A stretch of 63,522 nucleotides of DNA, filler included, from Basidiobolus meristosporus CBS 931.73 (GCA_002104905.1; 3 parts of 3 records of this genome joined end to end with filler, not necessarily neighbours in it); one strand, 5' to 3'; positions 25,951 through 36,402 are shown, numbered from the whole stretch's first letter. Made by a program: numbers and translations. Notes: generated from the letters alone by a model not told the origin.

Positions 25951-27165
25951 ATGCCTTCCAAATCGCCGATAGCTTCGTATCCAATGCTTTCCCATCTACA
26001 TCTCTACCACGAGGCTCCCAACAAGGGGATCCACATTCCATACCACTCACAGGAAAGTCTGGCCAGTCAGTACTCCACCGGCCTTTGCGACAGCTCTACC
26101 CACCTCGACACCAGCACAACCACTCCCTCGGACGATTGCTTCACCGCCGGCATGTCCTCTCTATATAAAGTCCCCAGTAGATTTGTGTTCAGAGATAGCA
26201 AGAAGGATCGCAAATCAACTCAGCAAAAGAAGTTCGGATTCTTCAGTCTGCGCAAGAAGCACCTGAAATCACAGCACGAGTCCAAGGCCCGCTCCAATGA
26301 TTACATGCCACTGCTGGACGCGCTAAGAAAGCGAAACGCCCCATCCATCAATCAGCTGTATGGTGATTACACCAATGACATCTGCAGTGGAGCCGGTGGT
26401 GGCGTTCGACAAACCTACTGTCCACGCACAGGCAGGAAATACGCCGTCAAAAGCTTCCGTGCCAAGAGGCCTGACGAAGACGAGCACCGCTATTACGAGT
26501 GGGTCAGCAATGAGGTTTACATCACCGCCTCCCTGGTTCATGAAAATGTCATCCAGACTCTGGATGTCATCATGGAGAACAATGAGATCCACGAGGTGAT
26601 GGAATACTGCCCTCAGGACATGTTCACTGTTGTCAAGGAGAACCAGCTGACTCAGCAGGAGATCGATATTTACTTCAGCCAGTTGATGCGCGGACTTGCC
26701 TACTTGCACCACCGCGGGGTGGCGCACAGAGATCTTAAACTTGAGAATCTCTGTGTGGATGAAAACGGAACCTTAAAGATCATTGACTTCGGGTGCGCCT
26801 TCATCTTCCTGGATCCCTTAAGCGAAGGGAACCGAGCCAAAGCCAGCGAGCTAACCGGCTCCGATCCATACATAGCACCAGAGGTGTTCGACGGTCGACC
26901 ATACGACGCAGCCAAGGCTGACATCTGGTCAGCAGGCATCATCTATCTCTGCATGGTCCTCAGGAAGTTCCCATGGGACATGGCTAAACCCTCGGTCAAA
27001 AATTACGAGATGTACCTTGAATTCCGCAAGAATGGCGAGTCATTCACACGCATCCCTGAGGCGGCGTTCCCATTAATTCGTAAGATGCTGGACCCCAATC
27101 CTGACACGCGTATCACCGTGGATGAGATCTTTCAGGATAGATGGTTCCAGTCCATCATGATTTAG
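25951..27165 (+). CDS. Ser/Thr protein kinase, Sat4/Hal4 (Npr1/Hal5 group)-like; 404 aa, no introns
   Basis: SGAGGGVR Gly-loop, YAVK, HRDLKLENL, IIDFG, GSDPYIAPE, KADIWS; TATAAAA at about 25872. Confidence 0.92.
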   Translation: MPSKSPIASYPMLSHLHLYHEAPNKGIHIPYHSQESLASQYSTGLCDSSTHLDTSTTTPSDDCFTAGMSSLYKVPSRFVFRDSKKDRKSTQQKKFGFFSLRKKHLKSQHESKARSNDYMPLLDALRKRNAPSINQLYGDYTNDICSGAGGGVRQTYCPRTGRKYAVKSFRAKRPDEDEHRYYEWVSNEVYITASLVHENVIQTLDVIMENNEIHEVMEYCPQDMFTVVKENQLTQQEIDIYFSQLMRGLAYLHHRGVAHRDLKLENLCVDENGTLKIIDFGCAFIFLDPLSEGNRAKASELTGSDPYIAPEVFDGRPYDAAKADIWSAGIIYLCMVLRKFPWDMAKPSVKNYEMYLEFRKNGESFTRIPEAAFPLIRKMLDPNPDTRITVDEIFQDRWFQSIMI

Positions 27166-27884
27166 ATCGCCCGCGTCCCTCATCTCGTTGTAATTTTTCT
27201 TCTCTAAACCACCGCAGTGGTGTTGTAAACTTGACCATATATCCTGACTAATAAACCCCTAATTTCTATATTTACTCCACATCCAATCCCATACTTGGTT
27301 ATCAACCACATGCTTCGGTTAGGAAACGGGATTCATTTCACGGCAAACATTGCCTTGATTGTTACTTGGGATACGGGATTGGTAGGCTCAATCATCATTT
27401 GCGCATTGTTACCGAGGTAATCAAAATCCCTGCAATAGGCTGCATTGCCCTCCGAATTTATCCATCGATTCTCCATATAATCTGATTCCTCGTGTTGTAC
27501 AAACATGGATATCATCAGTGCAAACTTGGTGATAAGCTTTGGCCGTTTAGAGGAAACCATTCCCCTAATTTATGCCAAGAAAGCAGATGAATAGTTTCTA
27601 TATCCAGACTGTTTATGATTCCTTGGCTAGTCCGTTCGTCAATCGGCAAGATATTGTCCAAATCAGATACATTGTTCGTTTTTAGTGTATCAGCATTGAA
27701 GAGACTCAGAACTTGGCTCACTATTTGACTGACGGTATACTGTACGCGAGGCTTTCGGGGGGGGGGGGCTTAAGGGAAATGCAGAGAAAAAGAGCAGCGT
27801 ACTATGTGGTTATAAGAGAAGTATGAAATATATTACTATAGATTTGTTGAATAACGAAATCTCAAGCTGAAGCAAGTGTTGCTA

Positions 27885-28005
27885 ACACATTCTACATGTT
27901 TTAAAAGCTTAAATATCATCTCTACATCCAATAAACATAAGGTGAAAACCACACAATCTACTTGTTCTCCCAATCACTTCCAACATCTCCAAAACTCTAA
28001 CAACA
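27885..28005 (+). mobile_element. Partial Copia A-lineage LTR (3' third) within the gene island
   Basis: GTGAAAACCAC..TCTACTTGTTCTCCCAATCACTTCC..CAACA matches the LTR end. Confidence 0.75.
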
Positions 28006-28688
28006 CTCAGTATGCAACAGGTATACTCACGTTTAAAAAGATGGTTGCTACATTGCCTTTTGTTTTGTATATTTTTCAACAGCCTGGCTGCAGAGTGCTT
28101 GTATGTAGCATTCCTTGCTATACAGAAATACAAACATTCTCTCTTGGTAATGAGTTTTGGGTGATAGAACCCAAGAAAAAATGGCGGCAATATTTTGAAA
28201 AAAGTCGCCCATTGATATATCATTACCAACATATGCCAGCATGAAGACCACCATTCCTTGATAGCTACTGTTGAAAACACCAAACAAAGAATTCCACCAA
28301 GAGTCAGAAATGTGAAGCGATCCAGAATAAAATAATGCTGAATAAGTAAAGCACCTATAACACTCGGAACATTTTCCCGTTTATCGATGGGACTAATCGC
28401 TGATACATGGATAATCAGCGTCCAGATCCATCCCCAGTAGCAGTGCTCGCATGACGGAAACAGATCAATCACCTTCAAAAACCAAATCAATTGGAGTGGA
28501 AAACCCTAAAAAACCCTAGCCCAATTCCTTATCACCTTGATCTTCGGATACTATATAGTCTAGACTTGGCCAATTGGGCCTAACCTAGATCCAAACTTCC
28601 TACAGAGTCTATTGTTGGCTGGCCGATAATTTAGAGATCCAGCATGTATAAATATCTTACAGTTGCCCGCAGTTGGAGCATCTTTGAA

Positions 28689-28910
28689 ATGTCCACACTT
28701 TTACTTCGCAGCCCGGTCACCAAGTCCTTAGGAACCCAAGTAATCTTACCGCTAACAGCCGTCACTGGTGTTGCCGCTGTGGGACTGGGATATTTCCTTA
28801 CCAGCATTACCAACGAGGAATACGCCGCCAGGTATCAATCGAACCCTGTGATGAGGACAACAACCGCATATAATCCCAACTCCAAAATTGGCGAATACAC
28901 TTGGTGGTAG
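28689..28910 (+). CDS. 73-aa single-pass membrane microprotein of unknown function
   Basis: MSTLLLRSPVTKSLG + hydrophobic VILPLTAVTGVAAVGLGYFL + C-terminal YTWW; TATAAATA about 35 nt upstream; decayed paralog at 30116-30258. Confidence 0.6.
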   Translation: MSTLLLRSPVTKSLGTQVILPLTAVTGVAAVGLGYFLTSITNEEYAARYQSNPVMRTTTAYNPNSKIGEYTWW

Positions 28911-29016
28911 ACACCATACAAAAATCTACACTGTAGACTTAATTAGAGCTTAATTTGTAAATAATAAAAGAACCTCATAGACGAATCCGATTGCCCTTTT
29001 ACTTCCATGCTTGTTG

Positions 29017-29808
29017 TTAAGCTCGTTTTTGACACCACACGATGTCAGTAACGTACGGGAATTTGACAAGACCTGACTCCTTGTCTATCTCCATGTCCTC
29101 CGCAGAGTTGAGCGTGTCCAAGATTTGTTGCTTCAAGGTTTCCTTCTGCTTGGCATCCAGCGATGCGACATAGCTCTTGCTGGATATACGGGTCCAAATG
29201 GTCTGTTTATCTGACAATACCTCACGTTACAAATGGGCTTCAGTGGGTGGGTCAAAGAGGCGGCGATATTCTTCGGTCTCGAATACTTTTCTCCACAAGC
29301 CCAACCGGTACTGGGGTGAGCCGCGTTCATGCTTTTCATAAATATCTCTGATGGCCCCAACCCATTTGGCTTGAGCTCTGTCTTCCAAGTTCCATATCAG
29401 AGCTAGGTAACCGTTTGGTTTCAACACTCTGCTGATCTCTTGGATGGCAGCGACATCACTGAACCAGTGAAAGGCCTGAGCAACAAAGACAACATCCAAC
29501 GAGCTATCTTCCACTGGAATTTTCCAGGCTGTGCCCTCCAAGATTGGGACGTCAGGAAGCACCTGAGAGAACTTGGCTCTCATGTTGGCCGCTAGTTCTA
29601 CAGCAACCAAGTCATAATTGAATGGCTGCAGCAGACGAGTGAATACTCCTGTCCCCGCTCCTAGGTCCAAAACACGTGACTCGCCAGATTTAAGGCCCAG
29701 CTTCGTTCGCAGAAGTTCGATCGCCTCAGGAGGATAGCTGGGACGTGCTGTTTCATATGCATTTGTGTCCAACTCAAAGCCCTTTGCAGCGGTTTCATGC
29801 ACATTCAT
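29017..29808 (-). pseudogene. SAM methyltransferase copy 1 with an in-frame nonsense codon
   Basis: About 98% identical to copy 2; CAA>TAA at 29229-29227, frame continues to the stop at 29017; also P>L in VEPAANM. Confidence 0.85.
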
Positions 29809-30115
29809 GGTTGATTCATCATGACGAGATCTTCACTCATGTTCGCAGGTATCTCTTGAAACGCAATGATTTTCCCACCTGATCTATATCCGCGTACGAG
29901 CGTGACATAATAGCCTGATGATGATTTGTTGAAAAGGAGGTGGAATAAATTCGGTAGACACACAGTATCATTCCAAGAGTATCCGAGTGTTTATATCAGC
30001 TCTCACGACTCTTTAAGAGTGTTGCTGAATAATAAACCTATTTAGAGGTAACTGTTATTCAGCTCCTCCATATTCCACGTTGTTTCAGCTACTGCTATAA
30101 ACACTATAAACAGCT

Positions 30116-30258
30116 ATCTTACCGTTAACAGCCGTCACTGGTGTCGCCGCTGTGGGACTGGAATATTTCCTTACTAGGATCGATAGTAGCTCACTACATC
30201 AGGACTAAGAATAGCTAATCCAAACTCCTCCGAGGTAAGCAAATACACTTGGTGGTAG
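30116..30258 (+). pseudogene. Decayed copy of the 73-aa microprotein gene
   Basis: ILPLTAVTGVAAVGLEYFLT and NPNS..KYTWW* remain, but there is no start (upstream in-frame TAA) and the middle has an indel and a stop. Confidence 0.7.
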
Positions 30259-30364
30259 ACACCATTCGTATATCTACACTGTAGACTTTATTAAGCCTTG
30301 ATTTGACAATAATAAAAGAATCCCATAGACGAATCCGATTGCCCTTTTACTTCCATGCTTGTTG

Positions 30365-31213
30365 TTAAGCTTGTTTTTGACACCACACGATGTCAGTAAC
30401 GTATGGGAATTTGACAAGACCTGACTCCTTGTCTATCTCCATGTCCTCCGCAGAGTTGAGCGTGTCCAAGATTTGTTGCTTCAAGGTTTCCTTCTGCTCG
30501 GCATCCAGCGACGCGACATAGCTCTTGCTGGATATACGGGTCCAAATGGTCTGTTTATCCGACAATACCTCACGTTGCAAATGGGCCTCAGTGGGTGGGT
30601 CAAAGAGGCAGCGATATTCTTCGGTCTCGAATACTTTTCTCCACAAGCCCAACCGGTACTGGGGTGAGCCACGTTCATGCTTTTCATAAATATCTCTGAT
30701 GGCCCCAACCCACTTGGCTTGAGCTCTGTCTTCCAAGTTCCATATCAGAGCTAGGTAACCGTTTGGTTTCAACACTCTGCTGATCTCTTGGATGGCAGCG
30801 ACATCACTGAACCAGTGAAAGGCCTGAGCAACAAAGACAACATCCAACGAGCTATCTTCCACTGGAATTTTCCAGGCTGTGCCCTCCAAGATTGGGACGT
30901 CAGGAAGCACCTGAGAGAACTTGGCTCTCATGTTGGCCGCTGGTTCTACAGCCACCAAGTCATAATTGAATGGCTGCAGCAGACGAGTGAATATTCCCGT
31001 CCCCGCTCCTAGGTCCAAAACACGTGACTCGCCAGATTTAAGGCCCAGCTTCGTTCGCAGAAGTTCGATCGCCTCAGGAGGATAGCTGGGACGTGCTGTT
31101 TCATATGCATTTGTGTCCAACTCAAATCCCCTTGCGGCTATATCATGTACTTGCTTAACTGAAGCATTACGAGTATCGTCACTCGCGTTTGTGGGCACCT
31201 TAGGAGACTCCAT
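30365..31213 (-). CDS. Class I SAM-dependent methyltransferase (Methyltransf_11-like), 282 aa, no introns
   Basis: YETARPSYP, motif I VLDLGAGTG, VEP, LDVVFVAQAFHWF, VLKPNGYLALIWN. Confidence 0.92.
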   Translation of the reverse strand: MESPKVPTNASDDTRNASVKQVHDIAARGFELDTNAYETARPSYPPEAIELLRTKLGLKSGESRVLDLGAGTGIFTRLLQPFNYDLVAVEPAANMRAKFSQVLPDVPILEGTAWKIPVEDSSLDVVFVAQAFHWFSDVAAIQEISRVLKPNGYLALIWNLEDRAQAKWVGAIRDIYEKHERGSPQYRLGLWRKVFETEEYRCLFDPPTEAHLQREVLSDKQTIWTRISSKSYVASLDAEQKETLKQQILDTLNSAEDMEIDKESGLVKFPYVTDIVWCQKQA

Positions 31214-32138
31214 AATGATTTAAAACCCGAACATCTAACTGGTTTATATAAGCCAATATCATGACGTAGTAGTCTATGAGTCACCATTGTCACGTACAGA
31301 TAAGCCGAATATAGTGAGCGTACCAAACAATATTATTAGTTAGGGGTCGAAGATGTTGCCGGGGTTAAGTCAGTTTACTACGCTTGGTATATACAAGTTT
31401 CTTTACAAAAATTAGAATACTCTGGGGTTTAGGCAGTTCTTCAAATGTACATCACCACGTCCCAAGAATACTCTTGTTCGGTGGTATCCATCACTCAGCT
31501 GTTACGGGATTTACGTCGTTTCAACCAAATGGATGGATGATTTCGTGAATGCCAGACCAAGGGATGGTCCGAGGTAAGATCGGGCTTTTCGTTTTTAGCA
31601 TTTGAAGATGTGGAATATTGCTGGGTAAAGGCCAAAGAGCATTGTACAAATAGCACTGAGAGGACTCCAACTGCAGGGATTAAGCAGAGGAATAAGATAC
31701 CTAGCATGCAGGCGTAATCGCTAGTAATAGGGAGTGTATATTAGGTGGGTGAAGAAGAACATAAGGATAAGTCGGAGTTAAATAGGAGGGGTCTGAGGAT
31801 GGCGAATGGTCATAATATATCGACGGGAATACAACCAAATTGCCAACCATCTATCGTCCAACATCCCTGAAAACCTGTAGGTGTTTTATGATATCACCCT
31901 CAGGAAACAGTAGCTGATGCAAATCATGGATATAGCGTCAATGCAGAAATCAATTAATTAAAGTCCAAAAAGTAAGCAGCCATTTTAGCGAACCTAACCC
32001 TAGATTTGCATAGTAGAGAGCAATCGTTCATCTAAGTGTGCTATCATTTAATACAAGTCGTGCGAGGGACAACTGGTTGATGAGATTTGGGGACGAATCT
32101 CAAACCCAAAGGTTAGTATCATCTTAGGAAATCAATAT

Positions 32139-32180
32139 AATGCCTTTTGATGCCTTTTAATGCCTTTTAATGCTTTTAAT
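32139..32180 (+). repeat. Four tandem copies of AATGCCTTTT-like 10-mer upstream of hemN
   Basis: AATGCCTTTT GATGCCTTTT AATGCCTTTT AATGCTTTT. Confidence 0.75.
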
Positions 32181-32512
32181 CCCATTTATATAAGGTGGCC
32201 CGGAGAAGGATGGCATTTATAGGTATCCGGAACCAAATATCTAAAATAGGCTACAATCCGAAGAATTGGAGCCCCGACAATATGTATATATACCATCAAT
32301 TGCGAGTATCACGATTACTTAATCATAGTCGAGGCAACGACTCTCCGAGTGCTTATTGGTGTACATAGAAGTTGTTGGTAGTCTGGAATCAAATCGACAA
32401 TCTAGACTGAGCTTTTCCGGTGGTTGACTAATACAAATTGGTGGCGACCAGTGTAGATAAAACCTTCCTCCCCGGATACATTGCTTTTACCAGCAAATCT
32501 CTACTAACTGTC

Positions 32513-34330
32513 ATGGATGAAACAGTAGGCCGTACTTCAACGTTCACCATATCGTTCTACATACTTCTAGGCACCGTAGTCCTATCCTATCTCATCCCGC
32601 GACTATTCACCGCAAAGGAGAAGGATTCCACCCAATGCCCCAAGAGCGTTTCTACCCAATTTCCTGAGGTCAAGGACAATGCTGATGCTAAGACCTCCGA
32701 ACAAACTACTGAGGGCTCGAAGATCAAAAAGCATAAGCCTGCCAGATCACTAGAAGCAGAAAGAAAGCTCAAGAAGTCAGTCTTGGACAGCTTGGCCGAC
32801 ATCGAGGATCTGGTGTGTAAATACGACGTTCCCGCACCCCGATACACCAGTTATCCACCTGTCCCCTTCTGGAACAAAACAGAAACCGCGCCTACACAAG
32901 ACGACTGGCTGAAGGTTGTCAAGAAATGCTTCGACGAGACAAACGATGACATTGGAATGGCCATTTATGTACATTTGCCGTACTGCGAGCAGTAAGTAGT
33001 ATCAAAGCATTGTGGTGGCAATATTGTACTGACCCTAAGCTCAATCCATCACCAGACTGTGCCACTACTGCGCCTGCACGAAGGTGATCACCAAGTATCA
33101 TGATAAGGTCGAAGACCCCTACATCGATACGGTTCTCAAGGAATGGGCCATCTATAGAGACTATTTGATTTCCACCTCGGGAAAGCCCAACATCTGTGAG
33201 ATTTACTTGGGCGGGGGCACGCCAACCTTCTTCTCGCCTAGCAATTTGCAACGGTTGATCAATGGGTTGCTGGAGGGTTGCTCTCTTCATCCCTCGCACG
33301 AGTTCAGTTTCGAGGCACATCCAAACAGCACAAGTGAAGAGCATTTGCAGATATTGTATGATCTTGGATTCAGGAAGCTTAGCCTGGGGATTCAAGACTT
33401 TGATCCGGATGTGCAGCAAATCATCAACAGAGTCCAAACCTACGAAACCGTGGACAATGTCATGAACATGGCGCGGAGGATAGGCTACACCTCCATCTGC
33501 TTTGGTATGTTTCTGTATCCTGTGGACGTGTGGGGCCGTTTTGACTCATTCCATTTTTAGACTTGATCTATGGCCTTCCAAACCAAACCATGGAGACTAC
33601 GCAGCAGACTATTACCATGGTCGGCTCCCTGCAGCCAGACCGCATCGCCTACTACAGCTATGCGCATGTCCCGTGGGTAAATCCTCGCCAGAGAAACTTT
33701 ACCGAGCATCACCTGCCCTCTAAGACCGATAAGCGCGCTCTTTACGAGTTAGGCAAGAAGCTATTTGCCGATATGGGTTATAGGGATGTTGGTATGGACC
33801 ATTTCGCCCTACCCACAGATCAGCTTTTCATTGGCAAGCAGAACGGTACCTTACACAGAAACTTCATGGGTTATGTGGCCAAGAAAACCCAGCTTCTTGT
33901 CGGTTTGGGTATGTCCGCCATCAGTGACGCCAAATATGGCTATGCCCAAAATGAGAAGAATGTCAAGGATTACACCAAGAGAGTTGAGAATGGCGAGCTC
34001 CCTCTCATCAAGGGCCATGAGATGACTAGGGAGGATTTGATCATCAAAAAGGCCATTTTGGATGTTGCTTGCCAAGGAAAGGTTGTAATCACCAAAGAGT
34101 TGGCACAACTGCTCCCGGATGAGTTTTATGTCGAGCTGAAGGAGATGAAAGAAGAGGGGATCGTGGAATTTTCCGGGTCTCCAGTCACTAGAGATGACAA
34201 GGTTTTGCTAGAGGGAGAGTTGGTGGTACTAAGTGACTATTTGGGCACCATCTTCCTACGAAATGTATGTAAATTATTTGATCCTACTCTCAGGAAGGTG
34301 AAGTATGGTGGATTTAGTCAAGCCATCTAG
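32513..34330 (+). CDS. hemN: Oxygen-independent coproporphyrinogen III oxidase (radical SAM HemN) with N-terminal TM extension; exons 32513-32991, 33056-33504, 33561-34330; 565 aa
   Basis: Splicing (GTAAGT..CAG, GTATGT..TAG) gives 1698 nt and restores YVHLPYCEQLCHYCAC (CxxxCxxC) and SICFDLIYGLP. Also KYDVPAPRYTSYP, LGGGTP, GIQDFD..INRVQ, YSYAHVP, GMDHFA, LHRNFMGY. Confidence 0.92.
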
Positions 34331-34544
34331 AAGTAAATAGTAGCTACCCTATATTAATTTGCATTTGAACCCAATAAAACCCAATCAATAGTTTCGGCTC
34401 ATTTTCAGTTTATTTTTCGCAAACCATGCCTTACTATCTTTAGATTAGTCTAGTTTGAAGTAACTACTATTTCAAGCAGCATGGGTTCTCTGCGATTTAG
34501 GGTTAGGAATACGACAACGGAAAGTTCATATACCTTAGGATTCT

Positions 34545-35750
34545 GTTTAACTTAGTTACTTGGATCATATTCTTTGAATCTTACAATGTCTTGTTCAAAT
34601 TCTTTATTGGAATTCACTAGGAATATTTTACCAAAATATCAGGTTCCCAGAAAATGAGAATTGTCAAAGTCGTCCAAAGGCCTCCTAACTTTGCGCACAT
34701 GTTATTGGGACCTTATTAAACATTACTTCACGTGCTGGTGCTGTCAAGATCATGTTAAAGTAACCACTTCACTTGTAGATTCATTAAATAATAAATGATA
34801 ATCTACTTGTTCTCGCAGTCACCTCAAATACCTCAAGAACTCTGACAACTGGTCTCAAGGGCCAAAGGTAGCGTCACAACTTGAACCAAGTGTATTGGCG
34901 AACTCAAATCGCATGTAATTCACTTATTATCTTATTGAGTTGAAATAGAGTACTTGTATAGTTAGGTAAGCTTTGTAAAGATTATAGTAAGAAGCTACAT
35001 CGATGGTTCCAAACAGCTGTGTGCATAGTTTGGGGGCTTTTTGACATATTTAAAAATACTGATAACTTCTAGACCTTGACTTATTCTAGGAGATAGCCAG
35101 TTTCTTTTCTAAACGTGCGGGAATAACTCATTGCTTAGCAAAAAGCTAGGTAGAGTTTTATGCTCTCCGGGATGTTTAGGTGCAAACTGAGTGTGGTAAA
35201 GGTTGTACTCACACCTGAGTATTCACTTACCTTGGTTACTTAGATCATGGACTACAAATCTTAGAGAATTCAGGCCCAGCTCCTTCTGTGTATTTACTTT
35301 AAATATCTTCACTAAAATATCAAATACCCTTATGATGAAAAATCTCAGAGTTACCAAACAGCCCCAAACTCTTCACACATGATCTTGAAACTTTCCTAAA
35401 CCTATTTTACGGGTTTTTTTGCCAAGACCATCAAAAAGTATATAAACTACCTCTATATTTAACAAATTATTAAGTGAAAACCACAAAATATACTTATGCT
35501 GTCAATCACTTCTAATATTTCTGAAACTCAGACAATACTACGTACTTACATCTGCTGTAAGAGTCTTGGAGATATTGGAAGTGATTGGGGAGAAGTAGTA
35601 TATTATATGGTTTTCACTAAATGATTTATTGAATGTAAAAGTAGTATTTAGACTTTTACATGGTCTTAATATAACTAACACGCAAAGTAGGCTTATGAAG
35701 GTCCCAAGAAAATGTGTGTAAAGTTTGGGGCTGTTTGAGCAACTTATCTA
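34545..35750. mobile_element. Old Copia A-lineage LTR relics (34545-34849 +, 35212-35536 +, 35553-35750 -)
   Basis: Diverged similarity to the A LTR; boundaries approximate. Confidence 0.75.
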
Positions 35751-35850
35751 NNNNNNNNNNNNNNNNNNNNNNNNNNNNNNNNNNNNNNNNNNNNTTAATT
35801 AATTAANNNNNNNNNNNNNNNNNNNNNNNNNNNNNNNNNNNNNNNNNNNN
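35751..35850. other. Scaffold gap: 100 bp of N with TTAATTAATTAA linker
   Basis: Same layout as 17812-17911. Confidence 0.95.
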
Positions 35851-36402
35851 CAGGATATGATCAAGCTGATTAATGTATCTATCTGCATATTCAGCTTCAA
35901 ACTAGGGTGGCAGGTGGCTCCAAAGTGCCTGCACATCATTGCCATTTCAAGTGGCTACATACCTATGTAAGCTCACTGTAGGGGTACAGGTACTTGATTG
36001 ACCAAAAGAGTCAAATCCACTCCCAGGTATATGTGGATCTTCAACATAGCTCCTTTATGTGATGACATATCAGGATTGTAGCATTAATACATATATTGTG
36101 TATTATGCTCCTTGTTGATCTGGACTCATTGCTGGGTTTATATGTTTTCTCAAAGTTTTGTTCTTCTGCACATTCCATAATTTGGAATTTGTCCAACATG
36201 ATCTCCTAACATATGACCTCTTTTTTCTCTCAGTGTCTTCTTTAAAGGCAAATGCTTTTGTCTCCATGGCAGTATATCCTACTTGGCAGCTCTTAAAATA
36301 GCATTACTTTTCTGTCTTTGATAATTTCAAGTAAACAAGGTAGTCTTTCTCCAGAATAAAGACATAAACTAAAGCAAAGTAGGCACCTAAGATATAGCAA
36401 GC

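Noticed and set aside
26323-26942. Antisense and alternate-frame ORFs over the kinase
   Set aside because: Shadow ORFs without motifs.
27757-27768. G12 run
   Set aside because: Isolated homopolymer with no supporting structure.
28644-28688. Upstream ATG for the microprotein ORF
   Set aside because: It overlaps the TATAAATA box; ATG 28689 fits better.
29227-29229. Programmed stop read-through in methyltransferase copy 1
   Set aside because: The paralogue has CAA; a simple C>T nonsense change with an extra P>L substitution is more parsimonious.
32438-32512. TTG-initiated extension of hemN, and the alternative call HemW/RSAD1
   Set aside because: First in-frame ATG is 32513; PRYTSYP, MDHFA and HRNF motifs favour true HemN.
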